DNA of 64,000 nucleotides from contig OZ025729.1 in assembly GCA_964019335.1 (NCBI GenBank), forward strand, positions 124,001-188,000. Direction: 5' to 3'. The notes beneath the pieces are model-generated. The model was not told the DNA's origin and searched no databases. It saw only the letters and a program-made list of their open reading frames with translations. Position 1 is the stretch's first letter, and each line of letters starts with the position of its first letter. Below are positions 46,916 through 57,122 of this stretch, one piece after another. The position numbers and the translations under genes were made by a program. This DNA is from Diplonema japonicum. Its lineage: Eukaryota; Protista; Euglenozoa: Diplonemea.

Positions 46916-48598
46916 ATGAGCGAACATCAATCAGAGCAATCAGCAAGCAAACCCGGCGCACCTCCAAGCGGTGCCCCTGGGACCGAGCAAAGCTCGGTGC
47001 AGACGCGCCGGGACGGGCAGGGCCCAAACTGGGCGGAGAGGGTGGGGAAGAAGGTGAGTGGCGGGACGGTGACGGTGCAGCGGCTGGTGGCGCCAAGGGA
47101 GGCGGCCAGCGGGAAAGGAGGGGAAAGGAAGAAGGCGCCGGTGAAGGGCGCAAAGGAGGAGGTCGCCTGCAGGGCCATCATGGCTGAGTGGGCGGCAGGA
47201 GACGAGGCATGGAAAGCGGCGAAGGAAGACCCGAGAAAGAGTGTGATGGCTTTTCTCGGCAAGGCGGGCCTGACGGGAGTGCACGTAGGGCCACACATGG
47301 AGAGGGAAGGCAAGAAGGGGGAATCTGTCATGGATTTCCTAATCTGGATGGCACCGGAACAGGAGGGGACCGCGCTAGGGAACGAGGACGGTCCCTGGAA
47401 GATCGAGAGGAGGGAAAGGGGGGCCTTGTGGATGTCCACAAGGCAGCACTGGCTGGCACAAAACGTACTTGGGGCAGTGATGACACGGATCACCCCCTCG
47501 GCGACACTGACGCTGAACGGCAAGGGATGGGGCCTGCAGGTCAGCGAGAGAAGGGAGGAAGTGCAGGAGTACCTCCTGAAGGAAGGCCTCGGGGTTGTCA
47601 GAAAGACCACCTACGACATCCGAGGTCTCCCGAAGGGCGCGGACACAACCACCATCGAGGAGGTTGTCAAAGAAGCAGGGTGGAAAGCGGTGGTCATCCG
47701 CACCATCCCGAAGCAGGGGGGCACAGTGGCTGTGTTGCAGGCGGAGGCACCCCCAAGTTTCGGGGAGATAAAATGGCAGGGAGGAACGGCGGAGGTGTGG
47801 GAGGCAGGGAAGCCGCCGCCGAAGGCAGTGCGAAAGCAGGAGGAGGAGAAGAGGACGGACCCCGCAGACCCGGAAGAGTACGCGGGGCGCACGTACACGA
47901 AGCGCCAGTTCCTGGCGCTATACGGGAAGACACACGGGCAGAAGGCGTGGGTCGAAGCTGGGAAGGTAGCACCTGAGCAACAGCACCCGCAGCAAGAAAA
48001 ACAACAGCAACAAGGAAAGCAGCACACGCGGGAACAACAACAGAAGGAGCAGCAGCAACTGCAAGGCCCTACGAAAAAAGAAGAGATGCTCGAACAGGAG
48101 GTGGTAGCTCTCAGAAAGGAAGTGCAAGAACTGAAGGCAATGCTGGAGAAGCTCTCTGGGAAGCCAACAGAGAAGAAACGGAAGGTTGGAGGGAAGTCAA
48201 CAAGGGAGACGACACCCCCCACACAATCGGCATCACGATCACCATCACCGAAGCCGAGGATGAGATCCCCGTCTGGGGTGAGGATGTCGGTGGAGCCCGA
48301 GGAACAGGCCACGGCAGGATACGCGGCGGAGACGACGACCTCGAGGGCCAAGACGAAGTCGAGGGCGTCGTCGAAGTCGAAGAGCCGGAGCCTAGCGAGG
48401 GACACCGAGCGAAGGCGGAGGGAGAGGGACACGGACAGGCACGCCCACATCTACCCAGACCGCGACGAGGGCGAGAAGAAGCAGGGGAGGTGGTGGTGCG
48501 ACGGTTGCGAGAAGCAGCAGCCGAAGAAGCGGTACCAGCTTAGGTGCCAGGTTGACGGATGCAGCCGCAAGGTATGCCGCGCGTGCGTGAGGCGATGA
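46916..48598 (+). CDS. LINE family B ORF1 (coiled coil, basic region, C-terminal Cys-rich zinc finger)
   Basis: 560-aa ORF; coiled coil LEQEVVALRKEVQELKAML; WWCDGC...C...C...CRAC. Confidence 0.85.
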   Translation: MSEHQSEQSASKPGAPPSGAPGTEQSSVQTRRDGQGPNWAERVGKKVSGGTVTVQRLVAPREAASGKGGERKKAPVKGAKEEVACRAIMAEWAAGDEAWKAAKEDPRKSVMAFLGKAGLTGVHVGPHMEREGKKGESVMDFLIWMAPEQEGTALGNEDGPWKIERRERGALWMSTRQHWLAQNVLGAVMTRITPSATLTLNGKGWGLQVSERREEVQEYLLKEGLGVVRKTTYDIRGLPKGADTTTIEEVVKEAGWKAVVIRTIPKQGGTVAVLQAEAPPSFGEIKWQGGTAEVWEAGKPPPKAVRKQEEEKRTDPADPEEYAGRTYTKRQFLALYGKTHGQKAWVEAGKVAPEQQHPQQEKQQQQGKQHTREQQQKEQQQLQGPTKKEEMLEQEVVALRKEVQELKAMLEKLSGKPTEKKRKVGGKSTRETTPPTQSASRSPSPKPRMRSPSGVRMSVEPEEQATAGYAAETTTSRAKTKSRASSKSKSRSLARDTERRRRERDTDRHAHIYPDRDEGEKKQGRWWCDGCEKQQPKKRYQLRCQVDGCSRKVCRACVRR

Positions 48599-48679
48599 AA
48601 CGCAGGAGCATGGAGGGGCGGCGGGAGGACAGAGGGAACGGAGAGGCAACTCCTGCGAAGCACAGCCGAACAGCTGCTC

Positions 48680-51600
48680 ATGAGATACATGCCAGTGGAA
48701 GGGGACGGAAATTGCCAGTTCGCTGCAATTGCTAGGGCGCGAGGAGCAGGGAACGCCAGCACAGTACGCGCACAGGCAGCAGAGTACATCGCGACGAACC
48801 CGGAGTTTTACAAAGAAGCAAGGAAACACTCCCTTTCTCTCAGAAGGATTGAGCATGACGGAGAGTGGGGGGACTACTACACCCTCGGAGCGGCAGGATG
48901 GGCAACCCAGACATGTATCTGGATCCTCCACAAAAAGAGAATGGTGCGAGCCACGAAGCCAGACGGGGCGAAGCAGACGATTATAGTTGCTTACGACTCC
49001 CAGCACTACGACGCTGTACTCGCGCCGCTACACATGATGGATTGGTTGGGCAAGACGGAGGCCACGGTAGTGCAGATGGAGGACCTGCTGAAGGTGGCAC
49101 TTGGTACTCGGAACAAGAAGGCTACAGCACCTGGCCAGACTTCGACTCTACAACAACGGGGAAATCTACCCGGCCCTGAACGAAGGGGTGTCCTGACCAC
49201 TGGGACGGGGGCGAGTCAGGGGCGCCATACCCCCTATGAGAAGGCTGGTAACCGCACACTTAAAGTCCTAAGTAGTGAGGGTGAACAAACAGGCAGTACC
49301 AAGAAGCCACCGACACAGGTTTTCCATCTCGCAACTGCAAATGTAGCGTCTCTGAGGAACAGGCTGGAAAGCGTCATGCAGCTCGACGTCGACGTGATCT
49401 GCCTACAAGAGACTGCACTTACGGCAGCAGGACAGAAAGAGGTGGCACACGCAATGAAATCCGCGACAGAGAAGAACAAGAAGCGAAAATACAGACCTAT
49501 GTGGGCAGACCCGCAACAGGGAAGGATCAAGGAAGGTCTGATATCTATAGATATCGCAAGACGAGGAGGCCTGGCGACTTTTGTACGCGAGCCACGAACA
49601 GCTCTGGGAACATCACTCGAGAGGGATGACGCTAAGCAAGACATCAACAGTAGGTGGCAACACACAAGGGTCAGCATAGACGGGGAAAATATGTGGCTGC
49701 ACATCATCACCGTGTACTGCCCAGCAGGGGAGGGAGAGGAACCAAGGAGGCAACGAGAACGACTCTTGCAGCACGTCCTCAGGAAGAAGGCGATGGAGCT
49801 CGGGAACGTCCCCGTGATTGTGGCAGGCGACCTCAACACGGACGAGAAAAGATCGTATGAGCTTCGTCACGCGCTGATGAACGGATGGACTGATGCGGCA
49901 GGAGCATGCGCAGCGGGAAAAGGAGAAGACCCGATGCCAACCTTCACTCGGAAGAACTGTGCATCGAGGATCGACTACATCCTCCTGAACGCTTTCGCAG
50001 CACAGGCGCTACAGGGCTGCAGAACAAGCAGGGATGTAAAGGGGGCGGACCATATGACTCTGACGGTAGAGCTGAGACTTGCGAGATTCCAGCAGACTGT
50101 GAAGAGATACATGATACCCCGAGAAATCCCAGGAGGCGTGGAACCAGCAGAAGAAGAGGGGAGTAAGGCACTCCAGGAGAGCAATTTCAGGGAACACATG
50201 CGAAAAGACCCGGAGGCGGCGTACCTCGCGCTAGCTGAGGCGAGCGAGAAGATACTTCTGGGGGACGAGACCGTCGGCACGGCACCTTATAGGGGCCGCG
50301 GCAAGGTGAGACAACCGCAACAGAGACAACTATGTGCACCAACAACAACTGGCTCGTGTGGGGCAGCGTCGATCATGCAAGTACGGCTGGAGAAAATGCG
50401 AGGCAGGCTGAGAGCCATTCAGACGCAGCTCAACATGTTGCAGAAAAGAGGAGGAGGGCAGCTCAGTAAGGTTACGGTGAACACAATCCACAACCTGAAC
50501 GGGGAGCTCGAACACACGCGCGTGAAGTGCCTACCCATTGACCCGACGCAGGCCAACATCGAGGACATGGTGGCGGATGCAGAGATCATGTCAGAGGCGG
50601 TGGAGAGACGCGAACGGGAGATGGTGAAGGAACAGCGCACGGCAAGGCACAGGAGCTACCTTGACTCAGTCGAACAAGGAAAAGAGACGAAGGAGCTCGT
50701 GGACAGCGCGAAAGGAATCGAGGACAAGCGGGGGACAGCAACTGTGGAGATGGAAAAGGACACGGTTGCAAACCCGCAGGAATTGGACAGGACAATGAGG
50801 GAACATTGGGAACATGTCTTTGCGAAATACAGAGACAAGCCCCAGCCCGCGTACGCAACATTCGAGAAGGAGTACGGTGCGTACATCGAAAAAAGAGACA
50901 TGGTGTGGACACCGATCACTGGGATACGCCTGAAGCAGGTGCTGAAGAAAAAGACGGCCAGAAGCGCAGCGGGGGTAGACGGCTGGCGGATGGCAGAGCT
51001 ACGAAGGCTACCAGTATCCATATTGGACGCATGGGCTGTTTTCCTCAATGAGGTAGAGGAGACAGGAAAATGGCCGGAGTCGGCGTTGACAGCTCTGGTG
51101 ACCCTTATCCCGAAGACCAAGAACGCAGGACCACTCGAGCATCGGCCCATAACAGTCACGTCGGCAGTGTACAGATTATGGGCGTGCACAAGGCTTGGTG
51201 ATATTCTCGAATGGCAAGAATCCTGGATCCACAAAACTCAACACGGGTTTAGGGCCAGACATGGGACAGAGGACGTTCTCATGGACATCTGCACCAGGAT
51301 AGAGGAAGCAGCGATGGACAAGACACCGTTGTTGGGTGTCGCACTAGACTTCGCCAAGTGTTTTGACACAGTTCCACAACAACTGGTGCTGAAGCTGATG
51401 GAACGGATGGGAATGGACAAAGGTATCCTGAGAGCGTTAGAAGGGATGTACAAGGGTCTCAGAAGGAGATTCAGATACGCGACAGGAGTAGGCGAGGAGT
51501 TCACAACCACAAACGGAATCCTGCAAGGGTGCCCGATCTCCATCATCATGATCAACGCTCTACTAGCGGTCTTGATGAGGAGTGTGGAGGAACGAACGGG

Positions 51601-53521
51601 AGCGGAGACTCTGTCGTATGCGGACGACGCATACCTGTTGGCGAAACTAGCAGAAGTACTACAAAAAGCCACGGACAGTGCATCCGCATTCTGCGACATA
51701 GTTGGCATGGAGCTCAACACGAAGAAGTCCGAAGTGTTCGCAGCAGGAGCGAAGGCACCAGGGATAGAGGTAGCAGGAAGGCAGCTGCGGTCCACGAACA
51801 AGATCAAGATCCTGGGGGCGAGGATACGCACGGATGGTCAGACGCAGACGGACAACACCAGGGCCAGGGCGGCGGGCGACACGCTACGGAGGCTCGCGAC
51901 CACTCAGCTCTCTTTCTGGCAGAAAGCGGAAGTCCTGCGAACAACGGTGCTACCCAGCTGTCTGTATGATGTTGCATTCGCGCCGCCGTCGGAAGGATAC
52001 CTCAAATCGCTCACATCAACCGCGACATACGCCTTGTGGGGACCGAGGTACAGAACAAGATCACCAGCGGCGGTGCTGTCAAACCTGTTCAGCGGACACA
52101 CACACGACCCAGAGGTAGCAGCGCCCTACAGAGCACTAGCAGCCATATACAGAACGAGACGAAAATTGGGAGAGGTGTGGGAGCGGTGCCAGAGACTTGC
52201 CAAAGGGTACCAAGACCCGACAAGAACGACACCTTTGGGCCCGATAGGCAACGCGATGAAGCGGTGGCTCCCGAAGATCAGCACAAACTGGGGGCAGTTC
52301 ACCGAAATGCTAGCTGAGAACAAGGACAAATTCGCACATGTAGTGCGAGAAAAGCTAAGGTCGGGACGTGCGGAACACATACAGGACAGAAGACGCTCGA
52401 TGGAGGGGTTAGACCGGGGCGCAGACCCACGCACGAACGACCTGTGGCGAGAGCTGATGAGACTCGGACCACAAGGAGCAATGGCAGCGAGAGACCTCCG
52501 GAGGATCGTGGCGGGAGGGGTTTTCTACACCCACCCAAAGGCGTGGTACCAGGACAAAATCACCAGACGGGTACCACCCCCAGAGGGCGAGCAGAGCGAA
52601 AGCGAGGACAGCTCGGAAGAGGAAGGGGACGAGACACACGAGCGTGTGAACAAGAGACCAACAACAGACGAAGTCACATGCGACGCGTGCGGTGCGGAGG
52701 AGGACGAGAGCAACATGCTGCGACACGCATTATGGGAATGCAGTGTGGCGAAGGAGGTGCAACAGAAGGAAGTACATGCAGAAGTAGTGGCCAGCAAGAC
52801 GGAAATGCCAATCTGCATGCAGCTACATGGAACGCTCCCGCGTGGTCACCGAACACACCAACACCGGCTGAGGAAGACGCAATACTACCTGCTGGAAGTG
52901 GTGGCAAAACGGGACCAGCTTCTCCAGGACAAGAGAAAGCTAGAAACGTACACGACGCACCCCTGGGAACAGGTAACGGAAGGAAACGCTCATGCGCCAC
53001 CTGAATGGAAGGAGCTGAGGAAGCATGTGAGCGGGAGCCTGATGATGAAGCACGGTGAAGACATCGTCAAGTGGCTCAAAAAGCTGAAGTGGTACGATGG
53101 ACCGAGGAAGACGACAGTCACCACAATGGAACTCGTACTAGACTTCGAGAACACGCTGGGCGTCGAGCCGATCACGGGGAAGAAGGGTGATCTAGACATG
53201 ATACAGAAGAAAGCGCGGAGTTTCCACGGCCTCCTGGAAAGAATCCAAGAGGGGTGGGACACAGCACGCATACAGAAGAAGGTCAGAGGCAAACGGATCT
53301 TCCCAGCGGAGAGCCAGAAGAACCACGCGCTTAGAACCATAGGTGCGAAGAAGAGTCTGGGATGGAACAGAAGGCCAGTTTTTGCATCAGAGAAAACCAA
53401 GAAGGACCTTAAGAAACTGGGCAGAAAGTGGCAAGAAGAAAGGGAGGATACTTTGAGGAAGGCAACACAGCCAAAAAAGAAAGAAAGGCCGAGGCCCCAG
53501 AAGGGAGAAAGGGGTAGATAA
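48680..53521 (+). CDS. LINE family B ORF2: OTU cysteine protease + APE endonuclease + reverse transcriptase + zinc knuckle (frame is open from 48599)
   Basis: OTU: GDGNCQF, EWG, HYD. APE: TANV, LQET, GDLN, PTF, SRIDY, DH. RT: QGCPIS, YADD. Zinc knuckle: CDAC...HALWEC. Confidence 0.94.
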   Translation: MRYMPVEGDGNCQFAAIARARGAGNASTVRAQAAEYIATNPEFYKEARKHSLSLRRIEHDGEWGDYYTLGAAGWATQTCIWILHKKRMVRATKPDGAKQTIIVAYDSQHYDAVLAPLHMMDWLGKTEATVVQMEDLLKVALGTRNKKATAPGQTSTLQQRGNLPGPERRGVLTTGTGASQGRHTPYEKAGNRTLKVLSSEGEQTGSTKKPPTQVFHLATANVASLRNRLESVMQLDVDVICLQETALTAAGQKEVAHAMKSATEKNKKRKYRPMWADPQQGRIKEGLISIDIARRGGLATFVREPRTALGTSLERDDAKQDINSRWQHTRVSIDGENMWLHIITVYCPAGEGEEPRRQRERLLQHVLRKKAMELGNVPVIVAGDLNTDEKRSYELRHALMNGWTDAAGACAAGKGEDPMPTFTRKNCASRIDYILLNAFAAQALQGCRTSRDVKGADHMTLTVELRLARFQQTVKRYMIPREIPGGVEPAEEEGSKALQESNFREHMRKDPEAAYLALAEASEKILLGDETVGTAPYRGRGKVRQPQQRQLCAPTTTGSCGAASIMQVRLEKMRGRLRAIQTQLNMLQKRGGGQLSKVTVNTIHNLNGELEHTRVKCLPIDPTQANIEDMVADAEIMSEAVERREREMVKEQRTARHRSYLDSVEQGKETKELVDSAKGIEDKRGTATVEMEKDTVANPQELDRTMREHWEHVFAKYRDKPQPAYATFEKEYGAYIEKRDMVWTPITGIRLKQVLKKKTARSAAGVDGWRMAELRRLPVSILDAWAVFLNEVEETGKWPESALTALVTLIPKTKNAGPLEHRPITVTSAVYRLWACTRLGDILEWQESWIHKTQHGFRARHGTEDVLMDICTRIEEAAMDKTPLLGVALDFAKCFDTVPQQLVLKLMERMGMDKGILRALEGMYKGLRRRFRYATGVGEEFTTTNGILQGCPISIIMINALLAVLMRSVEERTGAETLSYADDAYLLAKLAEVLQKATDSASAFCDIVGMELNTKKSEVFAAGAKAPGIEVAGRQLRSTNKIKILGARIRTDGQTQTDNTRARAAGDTLRRLATTQLSFWQKAEVLRTTVLPSCLYDVAFAPPSEGYLKSLTSTATYALWGPRYRTRSPAAVLSNLFSGHTHDPEVAAPYRALAAIYRTRRKLGEVWERCQRLAKGYQDPTRTTPLGPIGNAMKRWLPKISTNWGQFTEMLAENKDKFAHVVREKLRSGRAEHIQDRRRSMEGLDRGADPRTNDLWRELMRLGPQGAMAARDLRRIVAGGVFYTHPKAWYQDKITRRVPPPEGEQSESEDSSEEEGDETHERVNKRPTTDEVTCDACGAEEDESNMLRHALWECSVAKEVQQKEVHAEVVASKTEMPICMQLHGTLPRGHRTHQHRLRKTQYYLLEVVAKRDQLLQDKRKLETYTTHPWEQVTEGNAHAPPEWKELRKHVSGSLMMKHGEDIVKWLKKLKWYDGPRKTTVTTMELVLDFENTLGVEPITGKKGDLDMIQKKARSFHGLLERIQEGWDTARIQKKVRGKRIFPAESQKNHALRTIGAKKSLGWNRRPVFASEKTKKDLKKLGRKWQEEREDTLRKATQPKKKERPRPQKGERGR

Positions 53522-53790
53522 GTAGAGACAAGGGGGACGTTCCAAAACAGGAACCTCCTTTATCTCATCTCTTTTTTTTTTTTTTTGCTTTACCCTCCCC
53601 CCTTCCTCTCCCCCCTCTCATATCAGCTTTTTCTTTTTTTGTGTTTTCGTTGGTAAAACATAGCCTGCACGTTATAACGCAAGCATAACGTTATCAAATT
53701 GATATTTTAAAATACCCGGTATCAAATACCATAACGCAAAAAAGGGCCCATAATCTTGTTACGTACCCGTTATTTTAACGATATCGAATT

Positions 53791-54295
53791 AATAGCTATT
53801 TATTGCCAACAAATTATGAGTCATTATTGCTGCGGGCCCTCGTGCAAAAAAACGGTAACGAGAGTTAAATAATGGCTCATTTGGCGGCAAGTAAGTCGTT
53901 TTATTTCACTCTTCGTCATTTGAGTCACTTCACTGCTGTTTTTTTTCACGCAGGTCAGCCTTTTTGGGGGATTTCCTAAGGTAATATGGGGTTGCTATTT
54001 CGTCGTGGCATTTAAAGGGGAAGTAAAGCACTTATTCCCACTTTTAAGGGCTGGAATGGCCTCAGATGGCCAAAAATAGTCAAAATACCCCGTCCCCAAA
54101 AAAGTTTTTCAAGGGGTTGGGTACATTTTTTTCCACGACAAGACCCATTTTTTCACTCTGAAGCCCCATAATTTAACTCCAAAATCTCATAATTTAACTA
54201 GTTAAATTATGGCGATTTCGCGTTAAATTATGGCCGTTTCGCGTTAAATTATGAGGTTTTTAGTGAGTGAAGAAAATGACGAAGAGTGAAATAAA
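53791..54295 (-). mobile_element. Asymmetric-IR + hairpin element, subfamily 2
   Basis: AATAGCTATTTATTGCCAAC end, hairpin, and TTTATTTCACTCTTCGTCATTT inverted at the far end; internal TTAAATTATG repeats. Confidence 0.75.
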
Positions 54296-55751
54296 CGTTA
54301 TTTTAATCGGTGAAATATTAAAATAACGTTATTTTATTCGGAATAACGTTATTTTATTCAATGGATGATCGATGTTGCCAATATTTTTACCAAGACCATT
54401 TTCAGTTTTTTTTTTCTTCAAAAACCCTATTTTGACGATCTGAGCCCATTCCGACCTCCAAAACCCAAAATAGAGCCCTATTTAAGGCTTTAAATGCAGT
54501 TTTGAGAAAATTGGGTTTTCCGACTTGTAATCAATATTGGGTCAGGGCCGATTCTCTACCCATATTTCAGGCAAAAAAAAAACCCCATGTATGATATGAA
54601 TCCGTCCAGAAAGAATGTGTTCAACAGCTTTTTCGGGAAAATAATCCTTTTCTATGTCGTTTCGATACTCTAGTGGGTCGGCTTTGTGTATCTGGGGCCC
54701 CCGGGAGACGAATAGAAGGGTTGTAATGAGTATGGTTTCAATGCTCGCCTCCCATTTTAATTTTATTGACTTTTGATGTCGCTCCTAGTTAAAATTTAAA
54801 CATGAAAGGAGGGAAACTGGTAAAAAGGTCTCAATTTTAGTGCCATGCGGTATGTGACACAGCGGCCACCCTTGTGAAACTTCGCCCCGAAGCCTCCCAA
54901 GTCCCCTGTGGTCCCGTAGTAAGTAAAAGCGGAGAGGTAAAGAAGGTTTTTCAAAAAGGGAGGAGCCACAGAAGCAATTAAACACCAACTGGGGAGTTGT
55001 GGGAGGCTTGCTTCACTGGCACAAGGCCGCGGAGAGGCTACTTGCCACCTGGTGAAACCACCTCCTTGTTCTATTTTTATTGGGATAAGGGACTCTCCAT
55101 TGAGGGCGATGCTAACCGCGTAGAGTGGGCCTCCACCCCGGTCAAGTGTACTGCTTCAGAACGACCCAGGAACCACCACTGGGAGGTCGGAAACATCGAT
55201 CCCCTAAAAAAGGGGGAAACTAACTTTTCTGGAAAATAATCCTCGTGCATTCGTCCGCTTTCTCTGGAATATCCGCACCAGCACTAAAGAGAGTCCTTGT
55301 CTCCAGACGTTCCTGCCACCACGGACTTCTCGTGTTGTAAGAACAGGCTTTTACCCTCTGCTTACGATGCAGCGAACAAAGCGCTGTTCCCTCATGCATC
55401 TCATGCATCGTCTGGAGTCCCACTGACTCGGGAATCTCTTCTAAGTACTTTCTGGGGGTTCCAAACACCCACAAGTACCCCTCTAGTTCTCTCTTAGTCT
55501 CTATCCCTCCCTGTTGCATTCTTGAAACAGCGTCTTCTCATTCTCCAAATTTTCACCGATTAAAATAACGTAAAATAACATAAAAAATAACGCACCCAAA
55601 AATTCGCCAAAATTGGGGTGGGCTTCGGATGTTAAGTTACCCATGTTCATGGTCTCCAAAAATCATATTTCGTGTTTCTGGACCCCATCTCGACATCTGC
55701 GGGGGTATAGAGGACCTCGGCGTGCCCAGGCCAATTTTGCACTATTTAAAT

Positions 55752-56780
55752 CCCAAAGGCGTGGTACCAGGACAATGTCACCAGACGGGTACCACCCCCA
55801 GAGGGCGAGCAGAGCGAAAGCGAGGACAGCTCGGAAGAGGAAGGGGACGAGACACACGAGCGTGTGAACAAGAGACCAACAACAGACGAAGTCACATGCG
55901 ACGCGTGCGGTGCGGAGGAGTACGAGAGCAACATGCTGCGACACGCACTATGGGAATGCAGTGTGGCGAAGGAGGTGCAACAGAAGGAAGTACATGCAGA
56001 AGTAGTGGCCAACAAGACGGAAATGCCAATCTGCATGCAGCTACATGGAACGCTCCCGCGTGGTCACCGATCACACCAACACCGGCTGAGGAAGACGCAG
56101 GACTACCTGCCGGAAGTGGTGGCAAAACGGGACCAGCTTCTCCAGGACAAGAGAATGCTAGAAACGTACACGACGCACCCCTGGGAACAGATAACGGAAG
56201 GAAACGCTCATGCGCCACCTGAATGGAAGGAGCTGAGGAAGCATGTGAGCGGGAGCCTGATGATGAAGCACGGTGAAGACATCGTCAAGTGGCTCAAAAA
56301 GCTGAAGTGGTACGATGGACCGAGGAAGACGACAGTCACCACAATGGAACTCGTACTAGACTTCGAGAACACGCTGGGCGTCGAGCCGATCACGGGGAAG
56401 AAGGGTGATCTAGACATGATACAGAAGAAAGCGCGGAGTTTCCACGGCCTCCTGGAAAGAATCCAAGAAGGGTGGGACACAGCACGTATACAGAAGAAGG
56501 TCAGAGGCAAGCGGATCTTCCCAGCGGAGAGCCAGAAGAACCACGCGCTTAGAACCATAGGTGCGAAGAAGAGTCTGGGATGGCCAGTTTTTGCATCAGC
56601 GAAAACCAAGAAGGACCTTAAGAAACTGGGCAGAAAGTGGCAAGAAGAAAGGGAGGATACTTTGAGAAAGGCAACACAGCCAAAAAAGAAAGAAAGGCCG
56701 AGGCCCCAGAAGGGAGAAAGGGGTAGATAAGTAGAGACAAGGGGGACGTTCCAAAACAGGAACCTCCTTTATCTCATCTC
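55752..56780 (+). mobile_element. 5'-truncated copy of LINE family B with 6-bp TSD TTAAAT
   Basis: Near-identical to 52534-53571 (9-nt deletion, few substitutions); TTAAAT at 55746-55751 and 56781-56786. Confidence 0.93.
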
Positions 56781-57122
56781 TTAAATACCCGAACCGATTA
56801 AAATACCCGATTGGTCTATCGGTATAACGTGCAGGCTATGGTAAAAACAAAAAAATTCTGGCAAAGAAACAGGGAAATTTGTTTTCCGTTTCCTTATCCG
56901 TTTCCCTTATTTTTCAGATACTTAAGGAAACGTTTCCGTTTCTTTATTGGGGCACGTTTCCGTTTCTTTATTTTTGAAAAAAAAAAAACTTGGAAACGCG
57001 TTTCCTTGCCAGCATAGCCCCCTCCCCCGCCCTGCCTCATGGCAATTTCCATGCCATCAATATATTTTTGTTTTTTTTTAGTCCCGACCAAAAAAAAAAA
57101 AAAAAAGAAAAATAAAAAGAGA

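Larger units (their letters stand above)
46895..53571 (+). mobile_element. Apparently full-length non-LTR retrotransposon, family B
   Basis: ~21-nt 5' UTR, ORF1, ORF2 and a 50-nt 3' UTR ending CCTCCTTTATCTCATCTC; T-runs on both sides. Confidence 0.93.
53659..56840. mobile_element. TIR DNA element (18-bp TIR CATAGCCTGCACGTTATA) carrying two nested insertions
   Basis: Perfect TIRs at 53659-53676 and 56823-56840; GTAAAA on both flanks; subterminal ATAACG and AAATACCC repeats. Confidence 0.82.

Noticed and set aside
48596-48598. TGA as a selenocysteine codon or a reassigned genetic code
   Set aside because: TGA ends several host genes here (e.g. 11842, 14006, 40596), and I could not recognise a SECIS in the 50-nt 3' UTR.
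48595-48735. ATGA overlap at the ORF1 stop suggesting termination-reinitiation
   Set aside because: That ATG is in a different frame from ORF2 and closes at a TAG after about 46 codons.
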